The notes under the pieces are model-generated. The model was not told the origin of the DNA, searched no databases, and saw only the letters and a program-made list of their open reading frames with translations. A stretch of 64,000 nucleotides of DNA. Source: Octopus sinensis (Eukaryota). The translations under genes were made by a program, and so were the position numbers. The stretch spans positions 18,166,001-18,230,000 of the forward strand of contig NC_043017.1 in the NCBI RefSeq assembly GCF_006345805.1, read 5' to 3'. This document shows positions 25,607 to 37,984 of the stretch, piece after piece (the first letter of the stretch is position 1; each line of letters begins with the position of its first letter).

Positions 25607-26054
25607 GCAATTAAAATATTGTTCCTGCTGTTGTTAATGTTTTTCTTTTGTTGTAACTGATTTTTTTTTTAATCTCCAATTCTTACTTCAGGTTATTATG
25701 TTACCCCACTGATGATGTGGCCTACCATGCTCCTCCTTTGATGGTGCATCTGGAAGGGGAGACTAGAACATGACCACAATTCACCTAGGGCTACATTCTG
25801 ACACAAAATTTCCCCAGATAATGCTGCAACTCCTGGATCATATGGGGAAATGTTATCTGTCATAGACTAGTGTCCTGTCCAGGGAACAGATTACACTCTC
25901 ACCCACTTTATTATAGGGACTGACAGACAACTAGACAGATCACTTAGTTTCACTCACAGTTTAGGGTTTCAGCTGAAACTGAAGGGGCTGTAGGATTGAA
26001 AATAGGACCTTGTGGTTGCAGAGCAAATTTCTTAAACCATTTTAACATACTGCA

Positions 26055-26088
<34 letters not shown>

Positions 26089-26091
26089 TAT

Positions 26092-26338
26092 AGATGGGCT
26101 GGACACGTCGCCCGGCTCACCGATAATCGGTGGACGCACGCAGTTGAGTGGTACCCACGTGAGCAGAAAAGACCACCCGGAAGACCCCCACGACGGTGGA
26201 GTGACGATTTCAAGAGGACGATTGGGATCACGTGGATGAGAAAGGCGCGATCCAGAGAGGAGTGGACAGCGTGCTGTGACCAACGGTGTCAAATGGACGC
26301 CTGACGGATTGGTCGGTCAAAGTGAAGTGATCAAAGTG
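26092..26338 (+). mobile_element. RTE-1-like LINE 3' end
   Basis: RWAGHVARLTDNRWTHAVEWYPREQKRPPGRPPRRWSDDF, stop at 26302-26304, short (tcaaagtg)-type tail. Confidence 0.8.
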
Positions 26339-26346
26339 TTATATAT

Positions 26347-26461
26347 ATACTTAATAAAAAGGGTTCAGCAAAGATTTGCTTTACCACATACCGAAGGCTG
26401 CTATTTCTAAACTTCGGTATGTGGTAAAGCAAATCTTTGCTGAACCCTTTTTATTAAGTAT
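26347..26461. repeat. Perfect 50 bp inverted repeat with a 15 nt loop
   Basis: 26347-26396 is the exact reverse complement of 26412-26461. Confidence 0.95.
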
Positions 26462-26780
26462 TACTTAAGTTTACCGTGAAATGGTCCTTTTTCATACCGA
26501 ATTCTACTTGGTGAAATTATTGATTACTTCTTAATTAATTAATTTTACCCTTTGTTATTATTGATATATATATATATATATATATATAATAATAAATAAT
26601 AAATATTAGGGAATAAATCCAAATTTACAGGGAAAATCAGATTTAGGATTGAATCCAATTTTATAGTAAAATATTATATAATATTAATTAGAGACAAAAC
26701 CACTATTTTGCAAATCAAACAAAGAAAGACTTAATCCAATACATAAAAAAAATTAATATAAATTAAATAAAATTAAATCG

Positions 26781-26826
26781 CCACTACAATTGTTTCGTGT
26801 CTCTTCTAAGGACATTCATCAGGTGG
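26781..26826 (-). ncRNA. Minimal type-I hammerhead ribozyme motif (mirror copy)
   Basis: Reverse complement is CCAC-CUGAUGA-AUGUC[CUUAGAAGA]GACAC-GAA-ACA(AU)UGU-A-GUGG. Confidence 0.7.
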
Positions 26827-26878
26827 ATTTCAGATCTTCTATTCAATTTTAAGTTAAATTGAATAGAAGATCTGAAAT

Positions 26879-26924
26879 CCACCTGATGAATGTCCTTAGA
26901 AGAGACACGAAACAATTGTAGTGG
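26879..26924 (+). ncRNA. Minimal type-I hammerhead ribozyme motif
   Basis: Stem I CCAC/GUGG, core CUGAUGA (26883-26889), stem II UGUC/GACA (A.C mismatch at its base), GAAA (26909-26912), palindromic stem III ACAAUUGU, GUA cleavage triplet (26918-26920). Confidence 0.75.
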
Positions 26925-27018
26925 CGAATTTAATTTTATTTAATTTATATTAAATTTTTTTATGTATTGGATTAAGTCTTTCTTTGTTTGATTTGCAAAA
27001 TAGTGGTTTTGTCTCTAA

Positions 27019-27061
<43 letters not shown>

Positions 27062-30000
27062 TTGGTCTGCTAGTGGCCGGCCCCCTTAATTGTCAGCTAA
27101 CATCTTGATTTAAGGTTCCCTTTACCAAATCTCTTGATAGTTTTTTATGATTTATCCCTCAGCCCCATTCCTAACAGACACTACTCCTTGTTCTCTCAGG
27201 CCTCAAATATACAAAGATTTGATAAAACTAGTTTATAAATTAAAAATGACCCCATAAAATAGTGACAAGCAAAATCTGTAACAAGTCTTTCTTCCTGATA
27301 CCTTAGTAGCTTCTAAGCTGAAGTGAAGGCAGCATGTTCTTTTTCTATCTCCTTACCTTCTTGGAGATTTTAGGTAAAATTATACTAATGCATCCATTAC
27401 TAATGGATTAGTAAAATTATACTAATGCATCCATAATGTGTCCATCTGTTTCAATTTAACTAAATTCTAAGTATTTATGCAGCTGAGGATTGCTCTGCAT
27501 TTAAATTGATGCAATGATTGCATTGTTCAATTAAATGGAGCTGCTTGAAACGATCGTACTGCATTACCGCCGGATATCCTTGTTACTTATTTTGATTTTA
27601 TTCACCTTATTTTGAAATTGTATGGATAATACTGTACTAAATTCTGGTGCCTCAATCTAAGTACCATATTCATCAGTTTCCATCTACCAAATCCACTCAC
27701 AAGGCTTTGGTCAGCCCGAGGCTATAGTACGAGAAGACACTTGCCCAAGGTACCAGGCACCATGTAGTTGGTAAGCAAGCTTCTTACTATACAGCCACGC
27801 CTGTGCCTATGTTGTTCATTCATTTTTAGGACAGCATATTTGGCTGCTCTCTTTACAGATTAAACAAAAAAACAGGGGCGCCACAATGGTTTGTGTTGTG
27901 GTTGCTATGCTGTAGGTGTGAGATAGAGAGAGAGAGAGGTAGGCGGTCAGGGTGGACCAACAATGGGTTCTGTAGGGCAGTGTTTGGTTCACTAATGTTC
28001 TATTTACTCACGACACACTTTTGAACAAATAACAATGTGTTTCAATGTATGTGTACATATATTTATATAAATATATATATACATATACATACATACATAC
28101 ATACATACTTGTATATACATATACACACACATACACAAACATATATATTCATGCATGAGCACACACACTGATACATATATATATATATATACATACACAC
28201 ACATATACACGTGTATCTAGAGTTACAAACACTTATACACATACATACGTATACATGCGTACCCTTACATGCCTATAAATGAATGACAGACTATTATTAA
28301 ATTCCCACTTCATTATTTGCTGAAAAATTCCAAATCAATGAGGTTTATTTATAGAAGGCGTGTCTATGTGTGTGTGTGTATAGACTATATATAGATATTG
28401 CTTTAAAGTGCATGCACATTTGTGTGTGTGTGTATGTATATATAGGTGTGTAGATTACATATAGAAATTATTTCAAAATACATACACAGTTCTGTGTGTA
28501 TCATATGTATATATATTATATATATATCATATGTATGTATGTGTGTATCATATGTATGTATATATATATGTGTGTGTGTGTGTATAATGCCAAGGCTTTA
28601 TATATATATATATATACACAGTGTAATCAACTTTATATATAGTTTTGTTTATATATAGAAGTTGTATTTATGTATTTAGTTGTCTAGACTTTATATATAC
28701 AAGTTTATGCCAAGGAAGCCAAAATATAAATTCTGTGCTGTGTCATCAATTTATTTCAGTTTAACCAAACTTTAACTGATTGGGGGTAGGGCGGGAAGAC
28801 AGCATGGCTGTGTGATTAAGCAGTATGATTTACAAATACATAGGTTTTGGGTTCAGTCCCACTGTGTGACACCTCGGACGAATGTTTTCTATTATAACCC
28901 CAGGCCGACTAATACCTTCTGATTGAATTTGATAAATGGAAACTGGGTGGAAGCTTGTCATATTACATATATAGATATGTGTGTGTGTGTGTGTTTATGT
29001 ATATGTTGTCACCCCCACCACCACTACTTGACTGGTGTTGGTTTGTTTATGTCCAATGATCGATGGGATAGGTACCTGATTTATGAAAAAACAGTAGAGG
29101 AGTTGATTTGTTTGACTAAACAGTTTAAGGCATTGCCCCAGCATAGCCAGAGTTCAATGACTGAAACAAGTAAAAGATACATTATGAGTATCATCATCAT
29201 CATCAGCATTTAATATATGACTTCTGTGTTGGCATGAGTTAGACAGTTCCACAGGATCTGATGATCCAGAGGGTTGCATTGGTCTTCTGAATCCAGGTAA
29301 AAAAGCCACAGTGGTTTTGACTGGAGGAGTTTTGTTCCGAGGGTTTTTGTCCCAGTAGGGTTTTGTCTGGATCCCATAAATTAAATGTAACTTTTTTTAC
29401 CTTACCAAAATTGTAACTTTATTACTGTGATTTCTTTTCCTGTGACTTTATTACCAGCCACCAAGCCCCTATGTCTGCTTTGGCATGGGTTTTATGGTTA
29501 GTCACCCTTCTTAGTGCCAACCACCTTATAGAGTGCCCTGGGTGCTTTTTTTCTTGGCACCAATACTAGTGGGAATACTAAGTAACCAGAAAATGCTCCT
29601 TGACAACGATGGATTTTGTGAGTGTAAAAACTATATAAAAACTGTAGACAGAAATAAAATATGAAACCCTAAGTTTATCATGAATAAACTATTTTCTGAC
29701 ATTACCCTTTCAGATCAAATATTTATAGTCTGTATTTTGGTCTAAAGAAATTGCCATACAGGATACAAAACTTGAATTTCTGGCTGTGATGGCTTGTGTA
29801 AAGATTATTGGACAGAAGGGCGGGGCATCGTTTTTGTGATTTTGTTGTCATCCATTCATTGAAAATAGGTGGCAGGTGTATGAAAGGTTGCCGACATTCC
29901 TTTCATTTTTGTGGGTTGAAATTTTCATTTAGATAAACAAATATTTCATAAATGAAAGGCAGTCAATAAACAAGGCCAGATAAACATGTTTATAGGTGCT

Positions 30001-30149
30001 GGTATGGCTGTGTGGTAAGAAGTTTCCTTCCCAACCATATGGTTCCAGGTTCAGCCCTACTGTGCGGCACCTTGGGCTAATGACTTCTATAAACTCCAGC
30101 TGACCAAAGACTTGTGAGTGGATTCAGTAGGCAGAAACTGAAAGAAGTT

Positions 30150-30247
30150 CATCATATATATATATATATATATAGGTATATAGATAATAGTATTATATAT
30201 AATATATATATATATTTATATATATATAATATGTATTATATATATAT

Positions 30248-30286
<39 letters not shown>

Positions 30287-30497
30287 ATTATATATATATA
30301 CATATATATATTATATACATATATATATATATACATACATATATATATATATACTATATATATATATATATACATAGATATATATTATATACATATTATT
30401 ATATATAATACATATATATATATATAGATACATATATATATATATATATAGATATATATATACTACATATATATATATCTATATATATATATCATAC

Positions 30498-30530
<33 letters not shown>

Positions 30531-30665
30531 CATATATATAATATATATAATATCATATATAGATATATATATATTATTATATTATATATATACCTATATA
30601 TAGATATATATATATATAATATACATATATATATATATATATAATATATAATATATATATATAAT
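30150..30665. repeat. ~510 bp (TA)-rich microsatellite following a family A SINE head
   Basis: Seen directly; similar tracts at 11466-11715, 17480-17835, 18200-18345, 18590-18830. Confidence 0.95.
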
Positions 30666-31039
30666 ATCATCATCATCATCATCATCATTTAGCGTCCGCT
30701 TTCCATGCTAGCATGGGTGGACGGGTCAACTGGGGTCGTGAAGCTGGACGGCTTCGTCAGGCCCAGTCAGATCTGGCAGTGTTTCTACGGCTGGATGCCC
30801 TTCCTAACGCCAACCACTCCGCGAGTGTAGTGGGTGTTTTTTTACGTGCCACCTGCACAGGTGCCAGACAGAGCTGGCAAACGGCCATGAACGGATGGTG
30901 CTTTTACGTGTCACTGGCACGGGCCCGACAGAGCTGGCAAACAGCCACGAACGGACGGTGCTTTTACGTGTCACCGGCACGGGGGCCAGCCGACATATAT
31001 AATATATATATATACTATATAATATATATTATATAATAC

Positions 31040-31071
<32 letters not shown>

Positions 31072-31337
31072 ATAGAAGGAGCTTCTACAGGACTAAAGCT
31101 TCCTGATGATTTCTTTTGAATGACAACAGTTCTAGCCTGTCGAGCTCCTTCTATAAATAATTAATTTACTCTGCTATGTATTGAGTACCATTCTTTACTG
31201 TGGTTAACCCCCTCACCCGGGACCTATTATATATATATATATCTATATATATATATATATATATATATATGTTATTTATATATTTGTATATGCATGTATT
31301 TATATGTATGTTATTTTAGTTTTTAGTTTTATATATA

Positions 31338-31565
31338 GGTGGAGGCGCATGGCTTAGTGGTTAGGGTGTCAGCATCATGATAGTAAGATTGTGGTTTCAA
31401 TTCCTGGACTGGGCGACGCGTTGTGTTCTTGAGCAAAACACTTCATTTCACGTTACTCTAGTCCACTCAGCTGGCAAAAAGGAGTAACGCTGCGATGGAC
31501 TGGCGTTCCATCCAGCTGGGGAACACGTACGCCATTGAAACCGGGACATCGGGCCCATGAGCTTT
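31338..31565 (+). mobile_element. Family C-headed SINE variant with a V-like box (gcgatggactggcgttccatccag)
   Basis: Same head and core as 8437 but a different 3' half; relatives at 51390-51605 (-) and 53325-53560. Confidence 0.75.
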
Positions 31566-31844
31566 AAAAGGGCACATTTATTTATTTTTTTAATATATAT
31601 ATTTACACAGACACACACAAACTAGCAGGACATGTGAATATTTCATGCAATAAATGGTACACCTTTTGGTTTTTTTCTGAAATCTTTATTCAAAAACCCT
31701 GAAAGCATAGCCTATGTTGCGTCTGTATGGAAAGATAGTCACTCATAGTCACTGCTTCTTATTGAAAAGTGAAAGAAATTGGAATATGATGATTATTTAA
31801 TGCACTTCATATATATATATATATATATGTATATAAAGTTAATC

Positions 31845-32035
31845 CAAACAAGAAAACACAGAAAAAATGAGAAAAAAACACAGCAACGCAGGACGTGGAA
31901 CAATTAAAGTATTATTGACGCTCAGGAAAGAAGGGAAGGAGGGTTTAAGGTTTCGAGCGGAGCTCTTCGTCGGAAACAAGGAGAAGGAAAGATCCCAAGG
32001 AGGGAAGACAGAGGAGAAAATATTTGAGCTGGTAG
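31845..32035 (-). mobile_element. Penelope-like terminal repeat with a decayed hammerhead-like motif
   Basis: Minus strand GUUU-CCGACGA-AGAGC(UCC)GCUC-GAAAC-CUU-AAAC; relative at 58910-59095. Confidence 0.4.
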
Positions 32036-32051
32036 TGCTCAAGAGATCACG

Positions 32052-32082
<31 letters not shown>

Positions 32083-32454
32083 TTTATATACTCTATGTAT
32101 AATTTTATAGACTTAATACACATCACTCAAGATAAATATTCACTCGTATTTTTCCATTTTTCCCAAAAGCAAAAAAAATATCCGGTACATATGATACAAC
32201 CTTTAGTTAAATCGCATATGTCTACCACTTAAATAAACACGAATATTTCACAGAATTGCACTTATACGCATGCATTAAATGATAGGTGATATTAAAAAAC
32301 TTTGTTCAATTAAAAAAAAATACACTTTTCACTATCTGCCACCCTCACCATCTCTCTCTCTCTCCCTACCCCCTCTCTGATTTTAACCTCACCATCAGAC
32401 CATCAGATCATCACCCATCTGCTAAAATTATATTTTTAACTCTCCTCCTCTACC

Positions 32455-32640
32455 TTCAACTAACTTCTTAGTCTTAGTAAGTAGAAAGGTAGACAAATCA
32501 CAAATCCCTTCATGTAGATGGCCCTGCTCGATCTGTAGAAAAGGTGTAGGTAGAAACTCCATAAGATGCACCTGGTGTAAGGTTTGGTCACATAAAAAGT
32601 GCAGCAATATCAGAGGAAGGTTAATTTCATTAAATGTGCT
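32455..32640 (+). mobile_element. LINE ORF2 fragment (probably RTE clade) encoding a PHD-type finger
   Basis: WPCSICRKGVGRNSIRCTWCKVWSHKKCSNIRGRL, isolated, with no usable splice context seen. Confidence 0.6.
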
Positions 32641-32874
32641 TATGGGGAGAAAAATATTGAAAAACATCAATATATATTAGTATGACAAAGAAACGAGGAA
32701 GATATCAGGTAGTGATGGGATGTGCTAAAAATAACAGCTAAATCTCCCTTAAATCACACAAAAAATATTTTCTTCTTTTGTATAATCATATGAATTTCTA
32801 TGTGTAGAACACAAATTGGTTAAAATTTTCTGAAAATACCCCAAAATATAAAAGATGCTTAAACAGAACTCCAC

Positions 32875-32942
<68 letters not shown>

Positions 32943-33277
32943 TTATATATATATATATGTATGTATATACACATATATATACATACACACACACATATAT
33001 ATATATACACTCACACGCGCACGCATGCACACACACACACATATATGTTGTTTACGTATGCTGGAGAAGGAAGCATAATGAGATGACGTAACTTTTTCAC
33101 ATGGCTGACTTCATACTGTATGCAAGTTCGTGCTTACGCACCTTGTTTTCGATATTTCCTCACTGAGTAAAAATAAGGCGGCAAACTGATAGACCTTGTT
33201 AGCAAGTCAGGCAAAACGCTTTATGGTATTTTGTCTATCACGGTTGACTTTGCCTTTCTTCCTATGGAGTCAATTAA

Positions 33278-33833
33278 CCTTGTTACCAACCCACCTGAAA
33301 CTGCCTCCGGTTCTGTAGTACAAATGTTTTTTTTCAAAAGTTCTAAATTAAAAGTCTTCCACCAAACCTTAGTCACAATTTATGCTCCTAACAATAGCTT
33401 AATGATAACTAAGTTCATCATCATCATCATCATAATCATCATCGTTTAACGTCCGTTTTCCACACTAGCACGGGTTGGACGGTTCGACCGGGGTCTGGGA
33501 AGCCAGGGGCTGCACCAGGCTCCAGTCTGATCTGGCAGAGTTTCTACAGCTGGATGCCCTTCCTAATGCCAACCACTCCGCGAGTGTAGTGGGTGCTTTT
33601 TAGTGCCACCTGCACAGGTGCCAGGGCGGTCCGGCATCGGCCACGATCGGTTGGTGCTTTTAACGTGCCACCGGCATGGAAGCCAGCTAAGGCGGCGCTG
33701 GCATCGGCCACGTTCGGATGGTGCTTTTTATGTGTCACCGGCACTGGAGCCATTTTAGTAAATTCTTTGTTATATTTAAAATTAATTGAAAGGAAACACA
33801 GAACATCTCAACAGAAATATGGTAACAAAGGGG
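33278..33833. mobile_element. piggyBac-type MITE interrupted by a family D insertion (33416-33751)
   Basis: TTAA at 33274-33277 and 33834-33837; the body matches 46710-46934 once the insertion is removed. Confidence 0.8.
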
Positions 33834-34009
33834 TTAAACAGGTACCAGTTGGACACTGGAGGAACGATGTAACTGACATATCCCCTCCTGAAACTGCTGG
33901 CCTTGTGCCAAAATTTGGTACCATTACTAATTAACAATTATTGTGGATATTGGTCTGTGTGTAAGTGTGAGCATAATGTGTGTTAAGTTAAGTTAAGTTA
34001 ATTTTTTGG

Positions 34010-34188
34010 CTCAAAAGCAAAAAGCAAGGCCATGTAGGGGGACATGGAGGTATGTACAGGGTGGTGTTCATGCAAAGAGTTCAGGCCATTTGTGGTCAAG
34101 GGAGACTTTGAACCGAGCGGTCGTCGGCATCTTCACTATCTCGTCCGGCAGCTTATTCCACGGATCCGCAACCCGGACGGAGAAAGAG
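34010..34188 (-). mobile_element. CR1-type LINE 3' end
   Basis: FSVRVADPWNKLPDEIVKMPTTARFKVSLD, then an (ttaac)-like tail. Confidence 0.7.
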
Positions 34189-35609
34189 TGTGTATATACA
34201 TATGTGTGTGTATGTTTGAGTGTGTGTGTGTGCATATGAATATGTGTGGGTGTGTGTATGAGTGCATGTGTGTGTGTTTGTGAGGAGAATGTGTGTATGT
34301 ATCTGTATGTATGTGTGCTTTGGATATGTATGTGTGTGTGTGAGTATGTATATGAATGTGTGTGTGTATGTGTAACTATGTGTCCTCCACCCCACCAGGC
34401 ACTGCTTGAACACCAGTGTTGGTTTATTTGCCTCCCTGTAAATCTTACAAAGCAATACTCCAGCATGGCCACAAGCTAATGACTGAAACATGTCAAAAAA
34501 CAAACAAGTATATAAATCATAAAATCATTAAACTCTGCTTCCACCTGCCTAAGAGGGTCATATTTCTTTTTTCCTTTTATTGCTTTTGTACTTGTTGCGT
34601 CAGTGATTAGTGGTGGTGGTGGTGGTGGTGTGTGTGTGTGGGGAGCTGGGTGTGTGTGTGTGTGTGTATGATGATTATGTGTTTATAGTGCAAAACATAT
34701 GTATTATATATATATGTGTGTGGTAAGTATCTTGTTTACCAACTACATGGTTCCGGGTTCAGTCCCACTGCGTGGCACCTTGGGCAAGTGTCTTCTACTA
34801 TAGCCTCGGGCCAACCAAAGCCTTGTGAGTGGATTTGGTAGACAGAAACTGAAAGAAGCCTGTCGTATATATGTATATATATATATGTATGTGTGTCTGT
34901 GTTTTCCCCCTAGCATTGCTTGACAACCGATGCTGGTGTGTTTATGTCCCCGTAACTTAGCGGTTTGGCAAAAGAGACCAATAGAATAAGTACTGGGCTT
35001 ACAAAGAATAAGTCCCAGGGTCGAGTTGCTCGATTAAAGTCGGTGCTCCAGCATAGCCGCAGTCAAATGACTGAAACAAGTAAAAAAAAATATGGGCGTG
35101 TGGTAAGAAGTTTGCTTCCCGGCCACATGGTTCTGGGTTCAGTCCCACTGCATGGCACCTAGGGCGAATGTCTTCTACTATAGCCTCACACTGACCAAAG
35201 CCTTGTCAGTGGATTTGGTAGATGGAAACTGAAAGAAGCCCGTCGTATATATGTGTGTGTGTGTGTATATATACATACATGTATATCTGTGTGTTTTCGT
35301 GCCTGTGTTTGTCCTCCACCACTGTGTGACAACTGGCATTGGTTTGTTTATGTCTCTGTAACTTAGCAGTACGACAAAAGAGATCGATAGAATAAGTATC
35401 AGGCTTTTAAAAAAAGGTCCTGAGGTCGATTTGTTTGACTAAAATCTCTTTAAGATGGTGCCCCAGCATGGTCACAGCCAAGTGACTGGAACAGGTAAAG
35501 CATAAAAGATATTTGTGTGTGTGTGTGTGTGCATCTATGTATATGTATGATGAAAAAGACACGAAATGAAAGCACTTTGTTAAGTGGTTTAAGGTGTCAG
35601 ACTCACAAC

Positions 35610-36252
35610 TTTTCATCGCCAGTTACAAATACGGTTGAGAAATGGATCAGTTTGGTTACGGAGAAGAAGCAATGAGCAAATTTCATATCTGTACATTTTC
35701 TGATTTTTATTCAAATCGTGTGGTACCCATTTGTTGAACTTTCTTGATTTTCTGATAGCATGCAAATGGTTGCAGGCAGTTTTCTGGCTAACTTGTTCTT
35801 TCGCCAGTTCTTGAGTGGTTTTACGTGGATTTTTCTCAATGACGGTCTGTAATTGACCATCATCGATGACAGATAGGCGTCCACTACTCTCATGATCTTC
35901 AAGGCTCAGTTCTCCACTATGAAATTGTTTAAACCATTTTCGAGCTGACCACTCACTGGTCATTTCCTCACTAAACATTTCACTGATATCGCAAGCAGTT
36001 TCAGCTGCTTTACATCCTTTTTTGAAGTTGAATAGCCAGATTGCTCAAATATCTCATTTTGACTGTTTCATTTCAGATGATTGTAACAACAGTGAAAAAT
36101 ACATCAATGTTAATTTATTGATGCATTTGGAAAAGCCCATGCCTGTATTATCATACAATTGCAAAAAATGTTTTTAAAAATTCAAAACTCTGCAAAAATC
36201 TGGTACTAATTCTTCATGGTTCAAAACGTTGCTTCCTTTTTACTCTACCTGA
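35610..36252 (-). mobile_element. Mariner transposase 5' half, pseudogenised
   Basis: KAAETA HTH, WFKQFHSGELSLED..SGR, KWVPHDL, frameshifted IVTGDEK (first catalytic Asp); truncated before the rest of the DD34D domain. Confidence 0.85.
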
Positions 36253-36681
36253 TATGTATGTATGTATGTATGTATGTACAACATACAGCTGTAAGAGTCT
36301 CTATTTCCTTATTTTCTCTATCTCAATTAAATGTTTTTGAGTGGTGGTAAATGTTTCGTTTTTTCATTTTTTAAGTTTTAATCTATATCCATCCACTCAA
36401 AAATAAATAAATAAATAAATTAGAAAAACCCACTTCCAGCTGCCTTTGATAAACAGTCTCTACATCACACTTTCAGTTGCCGTTCAAGCTGGAGTCTTAA
36501 TGATAAACTGAACTGAGCACTCATAGAGCACACCCATCACGTCACGCCAGTTGATGAAAACTCCTTATGTATGTGTGTATGTATGTACATATGTCTGTCT
36601 GCCTGCCTGTCTGTCTGTCTGTTTGTCTGTATGTATGTATGTATTTATGTATGTATGCATGCATACATGTATGTACACATA

Positions 36682-37238
36682 GACATTCTCCTCGACTTAC
36701 GACCATCCGCTCTAGCGACCACAAAAGAATAAGGGAATAAAAAATAAATAAATATAAAATTGATTTTCGGACGTTGGGCAGCTGCACGTACGATAACTAT
36801 GGCAGCATCTGGCAACGCAGGCCCCCTCCCCTCAGACCCAGGCATCCACTGCCAGCCATTGTCTCTCAGTCGCTTTCAAGCATCAGTTGCATTTGTGTGA
36901 AAATATATTTCTTTATTACCCACAAGGGGCTAAACACAGAGGGGACAAACAAGGACAGACAAACGGATTAAGTCGATTACATCGACCCCAGTGCGTAACT
37001 GGTACTTAATTAGTCGACCCCGAAAGGATGAAAGGCAAAGTCGACCTCGGCGGAATTTGAACTCGGAACGTAACGACAGACGAAATACGGCTACGCATTT
37101 CGCCCGGCGTGCTAACGATTCTGCCAGCTCACCGCCTTTCCAGCTTGCCGGTTGGAAAACATAAACCCGACATACAACCAGATTGACTTACGACCCGGCA
37201 GTCGGAACGGAACTCGGTCGTAAGTCGAGAAGACGGTG
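36682..37238. mobile_element. Tigger/pogo-like MITE containing a nested family B SINE (36905-37140)
   Basis: TA-flanked ends gacattctcctcgacttacg / cgtaagtcgagaagacggtg. Confidence 0.55.
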
Positions 37239-37475
37239 TATTGATTTTATCCCCTATTTATTTTGAAGATCCCATAAACATGAGACGCAAGACATTGTAT
37301 ATCCCCAAAACACTTACTGGTACTGTCAGTCAGCTCTGCTCATTGTTGAAAACCACATTCCAGTTATTATTGTTTTGTTTTTTTTTTATTAAAAAAAGTA
37401 TGTGCGTGTGTGAGTGCCCGTTTATGTATGAGTGCACCTGTGCGTGTGTATAGGTGTGTGTTTGTTAGTATGAGT

Positions 37476-37604
37476 GGGGGAAGTAAAGAATACGCACACC
37501 AGCCGTTTTCGGCGTAACCCTAAACGTAACTCTGTCCCTAACCTTAAACCTAACCTAAACCCTAAACGCCGAAAACAGGTGGTGTGCGTATTCTTTACCT
37601 TCGC
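37476..37604. mobile_element. 129 bp MULE-like MITE
   Basis: ~35 bp TIRs (gtaaagaatacgcacacc...), exact 9 bp TSD agtatgagt (37467-37475 / 37605-37613); partial copy at ~8862-8927. Confidence 0.8.
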
Positions 37605-37771
37605 AGTATGAGTATATATATGTGTTTGAATGTGTTTGTGTGAGTGTGTGTTTATATGCATGAGTGTGTTTGTATGTGTGTATTTGTGTGAGAGTGTTTG
37701 TGTATGAGTGTATGTGTGCTTGTGCAGGTATGTATCTGATTGTATGAGCGTATGTATGTGTGTGTACGTGT

Positions 37772-37802
<31 letters not shown>

Positions 37803-37984
37803 AGTGTGTTTGTGTGTGTATTATTGTTTATCTCTGACTGAAGAAAGATATGATCAAATCTATTCCAGCCATGACAGGCCCGCCTTTTATCTGCGATACA
37901 TTTTCCAACACGTCCTTCCTTTCATTTTTTTTTTTTTTTTAATTATGATCCAGTTATTTGCAGAGACCTGAAATCTACCTTCAG

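Larger units (their letters stand above)
26590..27025. mobile_element. Penelope-like pseudo-LTR-type element: ~90 bp leader plus a ~170 bp-arm palindrome (26681-27025)
   Basis: Arms 26681-26849 and 26856-27025 are near-perfect reverse complements and each carries a hammerhead motif; related sequence at 54857-54959 and 57445-57600. The PLE assignment is inference, since no RT/GIY-YIG ORF is seen. Confidence 0.6.

Noticed and set aside
31103-31140. C/D-box snoRNA
   Set aside because: A TGATGA box C-like word is present, but there is no properly placed CTGA box D and the site is intergenic
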